Below, piece by piece: positions 42,629-55,489 of a DNA stretch of 64,000 nt. A model generated the notes under the pieces. The model was not told where the DNA came from. It worked only from the letters and a program-made list of their open reading frames with translations, and ran no database searches. The first letter of the stretch is position 1; the number at the start of each line of letters is the position of its first letter. Location: assembly GCA_013239625.1 (NCBI GenBank), contig MU054098.1, positions 2,047,104 through 2,111,103 on the forward strand, given 5' to 3'. The DNA is from Lama guanicoe. Taxonomy: Eukaryota. Made by a program: the position numbers and the translations under genes.

Positions 42629-42862
42629 CAGTGGTTTTTAACAGAAAGCGATCCATCCCCAACCTCCACCCCCAGGGACATTTGGCAATGTCTGTCTATA
42701 TTCTTGGTTTCCACAGTTCAGTGGGAGAGGGATAAGTTGCAGACATCTAACAGGTGGAGGCCAATGTGCTGCAATGCACAAACAACCCTCCCCACCCCCA
42801 CGGTAAACAACAAAGAATTTTTTGGCCCCAAATGTCAACAGTGCCAAGGTTGAGAAGCCTTG
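42629..42862 (+). mobile_element. MER20-like hAT MITE (with a partial opposite-strand copy at about 42432-42560)
   Basis: cagggacatttggcaatgtctg...ggccccaaatgtcaacagtgccaaggttgagaagcc. Confidence 0.85.
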
Positions 42863-45800
42863 CTCTCTCATATCATTCTCTGACCAAAAACTTTCCATTG
42901 TTCCCCACTCCTTGTGGGAAAGATGACAGATGTCATGGTCCCTCCATGAAATTCAGCTTATTATTCAGCTTATTTGCCATCTACAGCTTCTTTTCTGAAA
43001 CAACGCTGAATGGAGTGCTGATTGTGAAACATGTGGTCTTCTTTTTCACTTATGTAACTTGGCTCACACCAAGCACTTCCACTGCCCACAATGCCCCTTC
43101 CCACTAGTAAAGTCTAACTGAAACACCATCTCCTCAATAAAAACCCTGCCTGAGCCTGAATCCACCCAGCTACAAGTGATTCTTTCCCTGGGGATCTTAC
43201 TGTGGTACTTATATGTTTCAAAGCATTTAACACATTCATAGTAGAATGGAAATTTTGAGTTGAAAGGTACTTTTAGAAACATCTCCAGTAAAATTCCCTT
43301 CACTTTGAGAAAAGGAAATTGAGACCCAGAAAGGTGAAGTGATTAGTTGAAGGTATCATCATTTTTCATAAAACTTGGACCATAGTACTATGTATCCTTG
43401 ACTATCCACTCTCCTGGCATGGTTGAAATGGGTGACCACGGACTTAGTCCTGGCATTCAAATCTCAACTTTGACATTTGTAAGTTGATAAAGTAATTTAC
43501 CTCTCTGATACTCAGTTTCTTCAGCTGTAAATGAAAATAATCATGGCTGTTGTGAGAATCAAATGAGATGGTGTATTAAAAATTTCTGGCACAGAGTAGG
43601 TACTTAATAAATATTTGTCAGATGTATAGAAGAATCAACAGTACTTCAAGGAATAAGATTACAGATTGGCGATGGTCTATGGGACTTCACTAAAAGGTGA
43701 TTGGGGGTGAAATGTGGCAGCTCATTGCCACTGCCCCCTACTTTTGCATCACTCCATAGAAAACACCTGTTCCTCTGTAGGCCATCAGACCGGTATCCAA
43801 GCTTTCTGGCGAGTAAGTGACTAATGGCAGCAGCTTTCAACTTGGAAATGTAGTTCTTGAAAGGTTTGGTTTTTTTTCCCCTTTTGCAATGCTAGTGATG
43901 TAACCTCTCTGTTCCCTCAAGCAGGTAACAGGCAGGGTTGTGAGGAAAGGACTGGATAAAAGATGTATTTCCTCTATTTCTCCTTGGTTTCCTGTGTGGC
44001 AGCAGCCTTGGACTTAGACGTTGTTCAGTGGCCTAATAGGTGTCTCTGTGAGAGGAAACTCTTAGTGCACTTATTGGTGGCAATGGAGGGAACTTTGGTG
44101 TTGGCTCCTAGCCCAGTGGTACCTGGTTCTGACTTGACTTCAGTAAGGTTTATTAAGGCCTTTTAAGCCAGCTCTTTGCTCTGGAGCTGCCCACTCTGTC
44201 AGCTTTCTTCCTGCTTAGAGCTTTGGGTTAATGGCATACTATGCATTTATTCCTTTCATTTACAGAAGACAGTCTTTCCCTGGTCCCAGGGTACATGTAC
44301 CTAATAGAAATATCCCTGCTACTTCAATGGAGGGATGACTTGATAGGCAACTGAAGAAACAGAATGAGACTTCTGAAGCCTTGTCTAGACTAGACTGGGA
44401 GCATGCCAGAGAGGAGGAAGCTTCCTGATAGCGGGCCCACCTCAGAGCTGGCTCCTGTCTACTCTGCCATGTGAGCACAAGAAGATTTTGATTAGAGGGG
44501 CTAGGAGAGAAGCTCAGGTGAGTCTATCTGCTGGCTGCTTGCCTCAGTATGGTATTCTTCAGTTTACTCTCGCCAGAGTTCCAACATTACTGTTCATGTG
44601 GAGGTGACTTTGTAGATAGTTGGATTTCTTTCTTTAAGAAGGCATCTCTTTCAGATTTACCCCCCTCTCTGAAGATTACATTGTTTCCATAGCTATTACA
44701 GTCTGGCTCTCTCACCATGATTTTGGGTGGGGTGGTGGGACTTTAGGAAATCATATGACTGCTTAAGTCTGTTAGTAAAATTACCATCTCCTCTGAAGAA
44801 CTAAGATTTGACATTTGCCATGGGAGAGTATAAAGGATTTGTTCATTCATTCAAGTACAGAAAGAAAGGTACATAGTACTAATGAGGGCTTCTGATGAGG
44901 GAATTTGACCTAGGGAGGTCAGGGAAGGCTTTGCTAAGGAATTAATGATTGAGTTGAACTCTGAAGAATAATTGAGGATTGACTAGGCAAGGAGAGTGAT
45001 GGAAACTGTATGTGTACACATGCACCTGTAATAAGTATTTTAGGCAGAGGGAGCAGAATGTGCATAGACCTTATAGTACGTTCCAGAAACAAATAAAATA
45101 CTACTATAGCTGGTTTTGTAATTTTAATTCAAAATGTAAGCCATAGATTTGTATATTGAGGGTTGAAAATGCAAGTGTACCCATCTTTGAAGTATCGCTA
45201 AACTAAATCATACTGAGCACCCGCTGTTGACAGAACATGGGAGGCATTATCAAGAAAGAAACAAATACATTCACACTGTTGAGCCAACAGTCTGGAAGGG
45301 GGTCAAGGGGAGATGAAAAATACATGATATGCAAATCTTCCTTCCAACATTTTCCCCAACAGGTACACCTATGTAATATATAGATGAGTTCCTGGAGGGC
45401 TACTTGGTTGAGGTGACTTGAGCTCACTGGGGTTAATCAGGGAAGGCTTCTTGGAGGTGCTGAGTCCTGAAGAGTATTCTAAGGAAGATATGAATTGGTG
45501 AATAAGAGGAAAGAAGCTGTTTCTGGCAGAAGAGACAGCATGAATGATAACTTGGTGGTAGAAAGACTATTTCTGAGGTGGGAAATTTGGGATAAATTAG
45601 CCTGGCCCTAATGAAAAAGCAAAGCATCCTAACCTGGGGCCATCTTAGACTCTATATGACATGCCAACCAAACAATTAAAAGAAGGAAAGTTAAGGTTCA
45701 CTGAGCACCATGTGAATGGAGGTAATTGGTTATTGAAAAGTAAATTGTCATGATGGGAGATAGAACAAGATGGTGGAGTAAGAGTATGTGGAGCTCACAG

Positions 45801-46448
45801 CCCTCCACAAAACATCAAAAATATGTGTACATGTGGAACAATTCTCACTAAAAACTAACTGGAAACTGGCAGAAGGACTCCTGTACAACCAAGGCTGTAA
45901 GAAAGATACACACATAATTGGGTGGAAGGGGAAGAAAAGTGATTGAGTCAGGACCTATGTCCCTGGGAAGGGACTAAGAAGAAAAGGGAAAACGCATGGG
46001 TGGAGACCCAATGTGTGGAATGAGCAGTGAGAGCTACAGATCGGATGCCCCAGTCCTGGGGTCCTACACATGGGGAACAAGCCACCTTGGCTGTTTGGAG
46101 AACCACTGAGACTAACAGGAGGGTGTTGGGAAGCCTGGACTCTACTCATGAGGAGCATGTACTCATGCATACATGCTTGCCTGTCCTCTAGGTAAGCCAG
46201 AGAGAGGACTGCTGTAGTGTGTTGAGTTACCCACAACTACCTCCCCATACCCCAGACTGAGCTAAGCAAACACTCTGGCTCCACTCACTCCATGCCATAG
46301 TGCAGCACTGGACGTGGGGCAGCCATGAACAGGGAGAAGACTAACCATAGGATGCAGAGGTGACCAGGTCCCATGGCGGAGCCTGGGTTGGGTGGCAGCA
46401 GCCATCATTGGCGCTTACTCCAGCAGTGCATCAGGAGCAGCCCAGACT

Positions 46449-48406
46449 TCTTTTTTTTTTAATTGAAGTATAGTCAGTTATAATGTGTCAATTTCTGGCA
46501 TATAGCATAATGTGTGTACACACATACATACACATATATATATATATATACACATATATATTTGTTTTCATATTCTTTTTCATTAAAGGTTATTACAAGA
46601 TATTTAATATAGTTCCCTGTGCTATACAGAAGAAATTTGTATTTTACCTATTTTTATATATAGTAGTTAATATTTACAAATCTTGAATTCCCAAATTTAT
46701 CCCTTCCTACCTTTTTTCCCCCAACTACCATAAGATTGTTTACTATGTCTGGGAGTCTGTTTCTCTTTTGTAGGTAAGTTCATTATATCTTTTTTTTTTA
46801 AGATTCCACATATGAGTGATATCATGGTATTTTTCTTTCTCTTTCTGGCTTGCTTCACTTAGAATAACATTCTCTAGGGACATCCATGTCGCTGCAAATG
46901 GCATTGTTTTCTTCTTTTTATGTCTGAGTAGTGTTCCATTGTATAAATATACCACATCTTCTTTATCTAGTCATCTGTTGATGGGCATTTAGGCTGTTTC
47001 CATGTCTTGGCTGTTGTAAATAGTGCTGCTATGAACATTGGGGTGCATGTATCTTTTTGAATAAAAGTTCCCTCTGAATATATGCCCAGGAGTGGGATTA
47101 CTGGATCATATGGTAAGTTTAGTTTTAGTTTTTTGAGGAATTTCCATACTGTTTTCCATAATGGCTGCACCAAACTACATTCCCACCAGTAGTGTAGGAG
47201 GGTTCCATTTTCTCCACATCTTCTCCAACAGTTATTGTTTGTTTGTTTTTTGTTTTTTTAAAAAATTTTATCTTATTAAGTTATAGTCAGTTTACAATAT
47301 TGTATCAATTTCCAGTGTAGAACACAATTTTTCAGTTATACAGGAACATACATATATTCATTGTCACATACTTTTTCACCATGAGCTACCACAAGATCTT
47401 GTATACATTCCCCTGTGCTATACAGTATAATCTTGTTTATCTATTCTATATATACCTGTCAGTACCTATAAATTTCGAACTCCTAGTCTGTCCCTTCCCA
47501 CTCTCTTCCCCCCTGCAACCACAAGTTTGTATTCTATGTTTACGGGTCCAACATTTATTATTTGTGAACTTTTTAATAATGGTCATTCCGACTGGTGTGA
47601 AGTGATGCCTCATTGTAGTTTTGATTTGCATTACTCTGATAATTAGCAATATTGAGCATTTTATCATGTGCCTATTGGCCATTTGTATGTCTCCATTGGA
47701 GAATTGCTTGTTTAGGTCCTCTGACCATTTTTGGATTGGGTTCTTTGGTTTTTTTTGTTATTAAGTTGTATGAGCTATTTATATATTCTGAAAATTAAAC
47801 CTTTGTTGGTTGCATCATTTGCAAATATTTTCTCCCATTCCATAGGTTGTCATTTTGTCTTGCTTATGGTTTCCTTTGCTGTGCAAAAGCTTATAAGTTT
47901 AATGAGGTCCCATTTGTTTATTTTTGTTTTTATTTCTATTGCATGGGTAGACTACCCTAGGAGAACATTGCTAAGATTTATGTCAGAGAATATTTTGCCT
48001 CTGTTTTCTTCTAGGAGGTTTATAGTGTCTTGTCTTATATTTAAGTCTTTAAGCCATTTTTAGTTTATTTTTGTGTATAGTGTAAGGGAGTGTTCTAACA
48101 TCATTGATTTACATGCAGCTGTCCAGTTTTCCCAACACCATTTGCTGAAGAGACTGTCTTTTCTCCATTGTTCTCCATTGTATATTCTTGCCTCCTTTGT
48201 TGAAGATTAATTGACTGTAGGTCTGTGGGTTTATTTCTGAGCTCTCTGTTCTGTTCCATTGATCCATATGTATGTTTTTATGCCAATACCACACTGTTTT
48301 GATTACTATAGCTCTGTAGTATTATCTGAAGTCTGGGAGGGTTATTCCTCCAGCTTTGTTCTTCTTCAGTATGACTTTGACAATTCTGGTTCTTCTGTGA
48401 TTCCAT
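46449..48406 (-). mobile_element. 5'-truncated LINE-1 (ORF2 C-terminus + 3'UTR) nested antisense in the larger L1
   Basis: Poly-T at 46451 then aattgaagtatagtcag. Minus-strand ORF2 peptides WYWHKN...[20 protein letters not shown] and [16 protein letters not shown]...DTCTPMFIAALFT. Confidence 0.92.
47243..47546 (-). mobile_element. Short L1 3'-end insertion nested in the antisense L1
   Basis: A second copy of the L1 3' terminus, flanked by the degenerate TSD tccaacagttattgtttgt (47224-47242) / tccaacatttattatttgt (47547-47565). Confidence 0.85.
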
Positions 48407-50380
48407 TGGTAATAAAAATTTTAACTGAATTAGGAAAAAGAAGAGATGTACAGAGTGAAAATTTTAGCAAGGAACTATAAAATATAAAAGAGAATCAATC
48501 AAAATGAAGAATTCAAAGCTGAAATTAAAAGAATCTAAAGGAAAGGAGAAATCACACTAGAAAAGGCAAATATATTGTAAAGACTGAGGATAAACTACTT
48601 AAGCCAATATGAAGATTGAAAGACAAAAATTGTAAAAAGCAACTATAACCACAATAAACAATTAAGGGATAAACATGAAGATATAAAATATGACATCAAA
48701 AACACGAAATGTAGAGAAAGGGAGTAAATAATGTAGATCTTTTAGAATGTGTTTGAACTTAAATGATTACCAGTTTAAACAAGTAGATATACTTAGAGGT
48801 CAACATATATGAACCACATGGTAGCCACAAATCAAAAACCTACAATCAATATGCAAAAACTAAAAGAAAGGAACTCAAGCATACTGCAAAAGAAAATCAC
48901 CAAACCACAATGAGAAAAACAAAAAGAAGAAATGGACAAAGAAGAATTGCAAAAAACAACTGAAAATGAGGAATAAAATGGCAATAAGTACATATGTATC
49001 AATAATTACTTTAAATGTCAATAGACTAAATGCTCTGATGAAAAGACATAGGGTGGCTGACTAGATAAAAATAAAACAATATTCTTCAATATACTGCCTA
49101 AAAAAGACTCACTTCAGGGCAGAAGACATGCAGATTGAAAGGGGGACAAAGGGAAAAGATATTTTATGCAAATGGAAATGACAAGAAAGTCAGGGTAGGA
49201 ATACACTTATCAGGCAAGGCAGACTTTAAAACTAAGTCTATAGTGAAGGACAAACAAAGGCATTATATATTGATAAAAGGATTAATACAAGAAGAGGATA
49301 TTACACTTGTTAACATATACACACCCTATACAGGAGCACTTAAACATATGAAGCAAATACAGACATAAATGGAGATATTGACAATGACACATTAATAGTA
49401 GGAGACTTTAACACCCCTCTAACATCAATGGATAGATCATCCAGACAGAAAATCAATAAGGCAACAGAGATCCTAAATGACACAATAGACCAGTTGAACT
49501 TAATTGATATCAACAGGACACTACCTCTAAAAAAGCAGAACACATTCTTTTCAAGTGCACTTGGAACTTTCTCCAGGATAGATCACATTCTAGGTTATAA
49601 AATGAGCCTCAACAAATTCAAGAGGATGGAAATTATACCACAATGATATAAAACTCAGAATCAGTTATAAAAAACTCAAAATCAGTTATAGGAATAAAAA
49701 TGGGACAAGAACATGTGGAGACAAAAACAATAGGCTACTAAAAAAACAGTGGGTCAATGAAGAAATCAAAGAGGAAGTCAGAAAACACCTCAAGACAAAT
49801 GGAAATGGAAATACAATACTCCATAATCCATGAGATTCAGCAAAAGGTGTTCTAAGAGGGAAGTTCATAGCGATATAGGTCTTCCTCAAGAAACAAGAAA
49901 ATTTTCAAATAAACAACCAAACCTACCACCTAAAGGAATTAGAAAAAGAAAAAAAGAACAAACAAAAGCCAAAGTCAGCAGAAGGAAGGAAATAATAAAG
50001 ATCAGAGAGGAAATAAATAAAATAGAGACTTTAAAAAATAGAAAAGATCAATGAAAACAAGATCTGATTATTTTAAAAGATAAACAAAATTGATAAACTT
50101 TTACCTAGGCTCACCAAGAAGAAAAGAGAGGACACAAATAAAATAAGAAATGAAAGAGGAGAAATAACAATGAATACCACAGAGAGACAAAAAAAAGAAT
50201 AATATGAATAATTATATGCCAACAAATTAGACACCCTAGAAGAAAGAGACACATTTCCAGAAACATACAACTTGCCAAGATTTAATCAAGAAGAAACAGA
50301 CAATATGAACAGACTGATCACTAATAGTCAAATTGAATTTGTAATTAAAAAAAACTTTCTGCAACCAAAATGCAGGACTT

Positions 50381-50530
50381 GGGGGGAGGGAGGGTGTAGC
50401 TCAGTGGTAGAACTCATGCTTAGCATGCACAAGGTCCTGGGTTCAATCCCCAGTACCTCCATCTAAATAATAAATAAATAAAACCTCTACCTCCCTTGTC
50501 TCCCCCTCCCCCCAAAAAATTAAAAAGAAA
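50381..50530 (+). mobile_element. tRNA-derived SINE (camelid Vic-1-like) inserted in L1 ORF2
   Basis: ggggagggtgtagctcagtggtag (A box) ... ggttcaatccccagtacctcc (B box), A-rich tail, degenerate TSD aaaatgcaggact / aaagtgcaagact. Confidence 0.85.
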
Positions 50531-53500
50531 AAAGTGCAAGACTGGACAGCTTCACATGGAAATTCCACCAAACATATAAAGAAAAGCTGATACCTATGCT
50601 TCTCAAACTATTCAAAAAAGTTGAAGAGGAGGAACACTTCCAGATTTAATCTATGAGGCCAGCATTACCCTGATACCAAAAGCAGACAAAGACAACTACA
50701 AAAAAGGAAAATTACAGGCTAATATCTTTGATGAACACAAACGCAAAAATCTCAACAAAATATTAGCAAACGATATCCAACAATATATAAAAGGGATCAT
50801 TCACTATGATCAAGTGGGGTTTATTCTAGGGATGCAAGGATGCTTCAATATTCACAAATCAATCAATGTGATACACAAATTAATAAAAAGGATAAAAATT
50901 ACATGATCATCTCAATAGATGCAGAAAAAACATTTGACAAAATTCAATATCCATTCAACACCTATTCATCAAACACTCTCATCAAAGTGGGTATAGAGGG
51001 AACATATCTCAACATAATAAAGGCCATTTATGGCAAACCCTTAGCTACCATCATACCCAATAGTAAAAAGCTGAAAGCCTTTCCTCTAAATTCAGGAACA
51101 AGGCAAGGATGCTCACTCTTGCTGCTTCTATTTAACATAGTACTTGAACTCTTAGCCACAGCAAACAGACAAGAAAAGAAATAAAAAGCATCCAAACTGG
51201 AAGGGAAGAAGTAAAACTGTCACTATTTACAGATGACATGATACTATATATAGAAAATCCTTAAATCTCCACCAAAAAACTATTAGAATAATTGAATTCA
51301 GTAAAGTTGCAGGACACATGATTAATATATAGAAATCAGTTGCTTTTCTACACATTGTTTATGAACTATCAGAAAGAGAAAGTTTAAAAAGTACATTTTA
51401 AAATTACATCAAAAGGAAATAAAATACTTAGTAGTAAACTTAACCAAAGAGGTGAAAGACCTATACTCTGAAAATTATAACACTGATGAAGGAAATTGAA
51501 GATGATACAAACTAACTTAAAGATATCTCATGCTCTTGGGTTAGAAGAATTAATATTGTTAAAATGGCCAAACTACCCAAAGCAATCTGCATGTTTATTG
51601 CAATTTCTATCAAAATACCCATGACATTTTCACAGAGCTAGAACAAAAAAATCCTAAAAATCATATGGAGTCACAAAAGATTCCAAATTGCCAAAACAAT
51701 CTTGAGAAAAAAGAGCACACTCTAAGGTATAACCCGCCCAGATCTTAGACTATACTATAAAGATATAGTAACCAAAACAGCATGATACTGGCACAAAAAC
51801 AGACACATAGATCAATGGAACACAATAGAGTACCCAGAAATAAACCCACTCACTTATGGTCAATTAATCTACAACAAAGGAGGCAAGAATACACAATGGA
51901 GAAAAGACAGTCTCCAATAAGTGGTGCTGGGAAAACTGGAAAACTACATGTAAACCATAAGATTTCTCACACCATATACAAAAATAGTCAAAATGGATTA
52001 AAGATCTAAATGTTGAACCTGAAACCATAAAATTCCTAGAAGAGAACACAGTGAGAACACTCTTTGACATAAATTGTAGCAATATTTTTTGGATCTATCT
52101 CTCAAGGCAATAGAAATAAAAGCAAAAATAAACAAATGGGACCTAATTAAGCTTAAAAGCATCTACACAGCAAAGGAAACCATTGACCAAACAAAAGAAC
52201 AACCTATGGAATGGGAGAAAGTATTCACAAATAATAGGACCTACAAGTGGTTAATATCCAAAATATACAAACAGCTCATACAACTCAAAATTAGAAAAAG
52301 AAACAACCCAATCAAAAAATGGGTAGAAGATCTGAATACACATTTTTTTTCAAAGAAGATATACAGATGACCAACAGGCATATGAAAACATGCTTAACAT
52401 CACTAATTATCAGAGAAATTAAAATCAAAACAGTAAGATATCACCTCACACCTGTCAGAATGGCTGTCATCAAAAAGTCTACCAATAACAAATGTTGGTG
52501 AGGATATGGAGGAAAAGGAACCATCATACACTGCTGGTGGGAATGTAAATCGGTGCAACCACTATGGAGAACAGTGTGGAGTCTCCTTAAAAACTAAAAA
52601 TAGAACTACCATCTGAAAATTCTGCCATTTTCAGTAATGTGAACAGACCTAGAGAATATTATTCTTGGTGAGATAAGTCAGACAGAGAAAGACAAATACT
52701 GTACATAATATCACTTATATGTGGAATCTAAAAAATAAAACAAATGTAGATATTTGGCAAAACAGAAACAGACTCACAGATATAGAATACCAACTCACCA
52801 TTACCAGTGGGGAGGGACAAGATAGTGGTATGGGATTAAGAGATAGATACATACTACTATATATAAAGTAGGTAAGCAACAAGGATATATTGTATAGCAC
52901 AGGAAATTATAGCCATTATCTTATAATAACTTTTAATGGGGTATAATCTGGAGTGATAAAAGTACTGCATCACTATGCTGTATACCTGAAACTAATATAA
53001 TATTATAAATCAACTATACTTCAATAAAAAAGTAAATTGTCATGAAGATCAGTCTTAACATCCCCACCTGACTGACTATAGAGAGGATGCGCTTTCTACA
53101 ATACTGTGAGGTAGGTGAAAGTCTCTACCTACCATTTTTCTCAGGATTCCTCTGCAATTTTGTATCCCTGGGCTTCCACTCCAATTTCTGGACTCCTGTA
53201 ATGCTTAAGCACTTGACTTTAGCAGTTAGTTGGTACTTTGATCCCTTGTAATATAGTAGCCCTCTTTCTTTCTTTGGGCATTGATGTTTTCTGACAGATC
53301 TCTGAAAAAAACACAAATGCTTCAAAGGAAAGAATCTACCTCTGGTAGAATGAATGATAGGAAGTGGGGTGGGTGATTTCGAGCAGGTGACCTTTCCCAT
53401 TATCTCTCAAACTGAAACTGCCCCCTTAGAAGCTTGGCCTTGATTCCAATGCATATTTCCTCCCTGGATATTGAAAGGTTATGTTAAGATAGAGACATGT

Positions 53501-54027
53501 AGTAAGGAGCAAGAGATTTGATTTTGCCTGCAAATTTCCTGATGATGCAGGATATAGTTCTTTGTAAACAGTCCGTGCACTGTAGTATATCAGCATGGTT
53601 AGAAGTGTGGTGCTTTAGATTTATGATGAGTTAGGGCTTATGTCCTGACTCTACCACTTTCTATATGTGTGATTTTTCACAGTTGACTTAACCTGTGCCT
53701 TGGTTGCCTCATCTTGTATAAAACAGAGATAATAAAATACCTATCTCATACAGTCACTTTAATAATCAATGATATATGTCTAAGGAGCTTAGCATAGTTC
53801 TTGACACTTGATCAAGTTGTTCTTGTCATCATTGTCATTAGCATCACCATCACTGCCACCACTCCCACCACCCCCAGGTTCCGACTGTAACAGAATAAAA
53901 TTTTATAACCTCTTCCTAAGCTAACATCAGCCATTAGCAAAGGGGGAAAGGAGAAAAGAGTAAGCCCAGTCACATTCACTGTTTCCTACTCTCACTTTAA
54001 CCCCAACATCTCAAAGAGAACATATGA

Positions 54028-54249
<222 letters not shown>

Positions 54250-54910
54250 GCTCTGGCAGATTAGAGAGGGTGGGAAAGAGGGGGGAAGGGAGCCTTGAAA
54301 AGTACTCAGGCTAGGCCAGTTGCTACCCACTTGCCAGTAGTGTAGCCTAGTATGTTCGCATGCTTTTTAACTCACCAGTCATTCCTTTTCACTTTCCCTT
54401 AAGTCAGTGGGTCTATAGTTCCTGTCTATCATTTACCCCAAAGCTTAAAGGCTGGGCAGAAACACATGTGCAGGGAGGGGCCAGGAAATGGACAGGGCTG
54501 GCTCCTACCACTCCATTCCTTTGGCCCTCCCCCGATGTTTATTGTCATTTTGAAACATCTATGGAGTGCCACTGCCCAAATTTTTGTGACTTTCTCAGGA
54601 CTGTATCTTGACTCTTCCTCTTTTTTCCTGCTTCTCTTCCTTTCTGGTTGTGAGTAAGCTTGTGGGGAGGGTGACTCCCAGTGGGGAAAACACTAATCAA
54701 GGATGCTTGCATACAGTCTAAGACCCCTTCCTCATTATGCTTTAGAATATTCATAAGAATTCATTTGGTGTTCTGGCTGGGTGACTGGCATCAAAATAGT
54801 GGCAAATATTCCCTAGTTCCTTATAGATACAGAAATGGTGTTCATCAAATGTTCTGAGCAGAGACTAGCATTTGTTGTGTACTCAATAAAAACAAATTCA
54901 AAATGATGAT
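54250..54910 (+). other. LHFPL1: LHFPL1 3' UTR (end approximate)
   Basis: Non-repetitive sequence from the stop codon to just past the first AATAAA I found (54885). The cleavage site is inferred. Confidence 0.7.
54885..54890 (+). terminator. Polyadenylation signal AATAAA
   Basis: Canonical hexamer about 640 nt after the stop codon, preceded by a U/GU-rich tract (tttgttgtgtac) and with tgtgtct downstream. Confidence 0.75.
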
Positions 54911-55489
54911 GACAAGGATGTGTCTCCTGGCTCCTTACTGAAATTTCTATTAGAGTTCATTTTTATTGACTAGGAAATTCACAGTGGCCTTTTGCCCCTA
55001 TAGTCATTCCTAGCATGATAGAAGTTTCTCTGCCGGTTTCAAAGACTACTCATCAAGTGATTTCCCTTCCATCTGGGGTGAGTTAGATATAAAAGAACAC
55101 AGCCCTGATGTCACCTAGGGCTGATGTATTTTTAGGCCTGGCCTCCATTCCATCTGTGCTCAAGGCTGACGGATGGTGTAGAAGAACTTGGTGTCTCTCA
55201 GGGACAGAATTTATCTCCCCTAACCTCCTTAATTAATTCAGGCTAGCTCTGTTGTTCCATAACTATAGCTTTAGGGACTAGGGAAGGCCTGTGACTCAAA
55301 AGGCCAGCTCATCTGTTTCTATTCTTAATCACTCCGGAGTGGTTTGAGTACAACCCGGTATAGCCCTACCTGGAAGGAGAGAAATGGCAAAAATGTGTCT
55401 CATTATATGCCATCCTAGGAGGGGTCAGGATCCTTTCATCAGCCTGATGTAGGTAAGTGAATTCAAGCATATATTTCATTCATGAGGTC

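Larger units (their letters stand above)
45754..53027 (+). mobile_element. Formerly full-length LINE-1, inactive, rearranged, with nested insertions
   Basis: 18-bp TSD aaaagtaaattgtcatga at 45736-45753 and 53028-53045. L1 5'UTR-like start (caagatggtggagtaaga...), ORF1 remnant (VIKILTELGKRRDVQSENFSKEL, about 48408-48480), ORF2 EN/RT remnants ([36 protein letters not shown] at 51226-51240) with many stops and frameshifts, and a 3'UTR ending in AATAAA. Confidence 0.93.

Noticed and set aside
50390..50460. tRNA gene
   Set aside because: A and B boxes are present, but the A-rich tail, TSD and multiple dispersed copies identify it as a SINE.
48975..52620. Reverse transcriptase/endonuclease-like ORFs as a novel RT system
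   Set aside because: They are fragmented L1 ORF2 with many stops and frameshifts, a SINE insertion and FTDD in place of FADD. This is a dead retrotransposon.
55330..55341. 12-bp palindrome cactccggagtg
   Set aside because: Several palindromes of this length are expected by chance in 64 kb.
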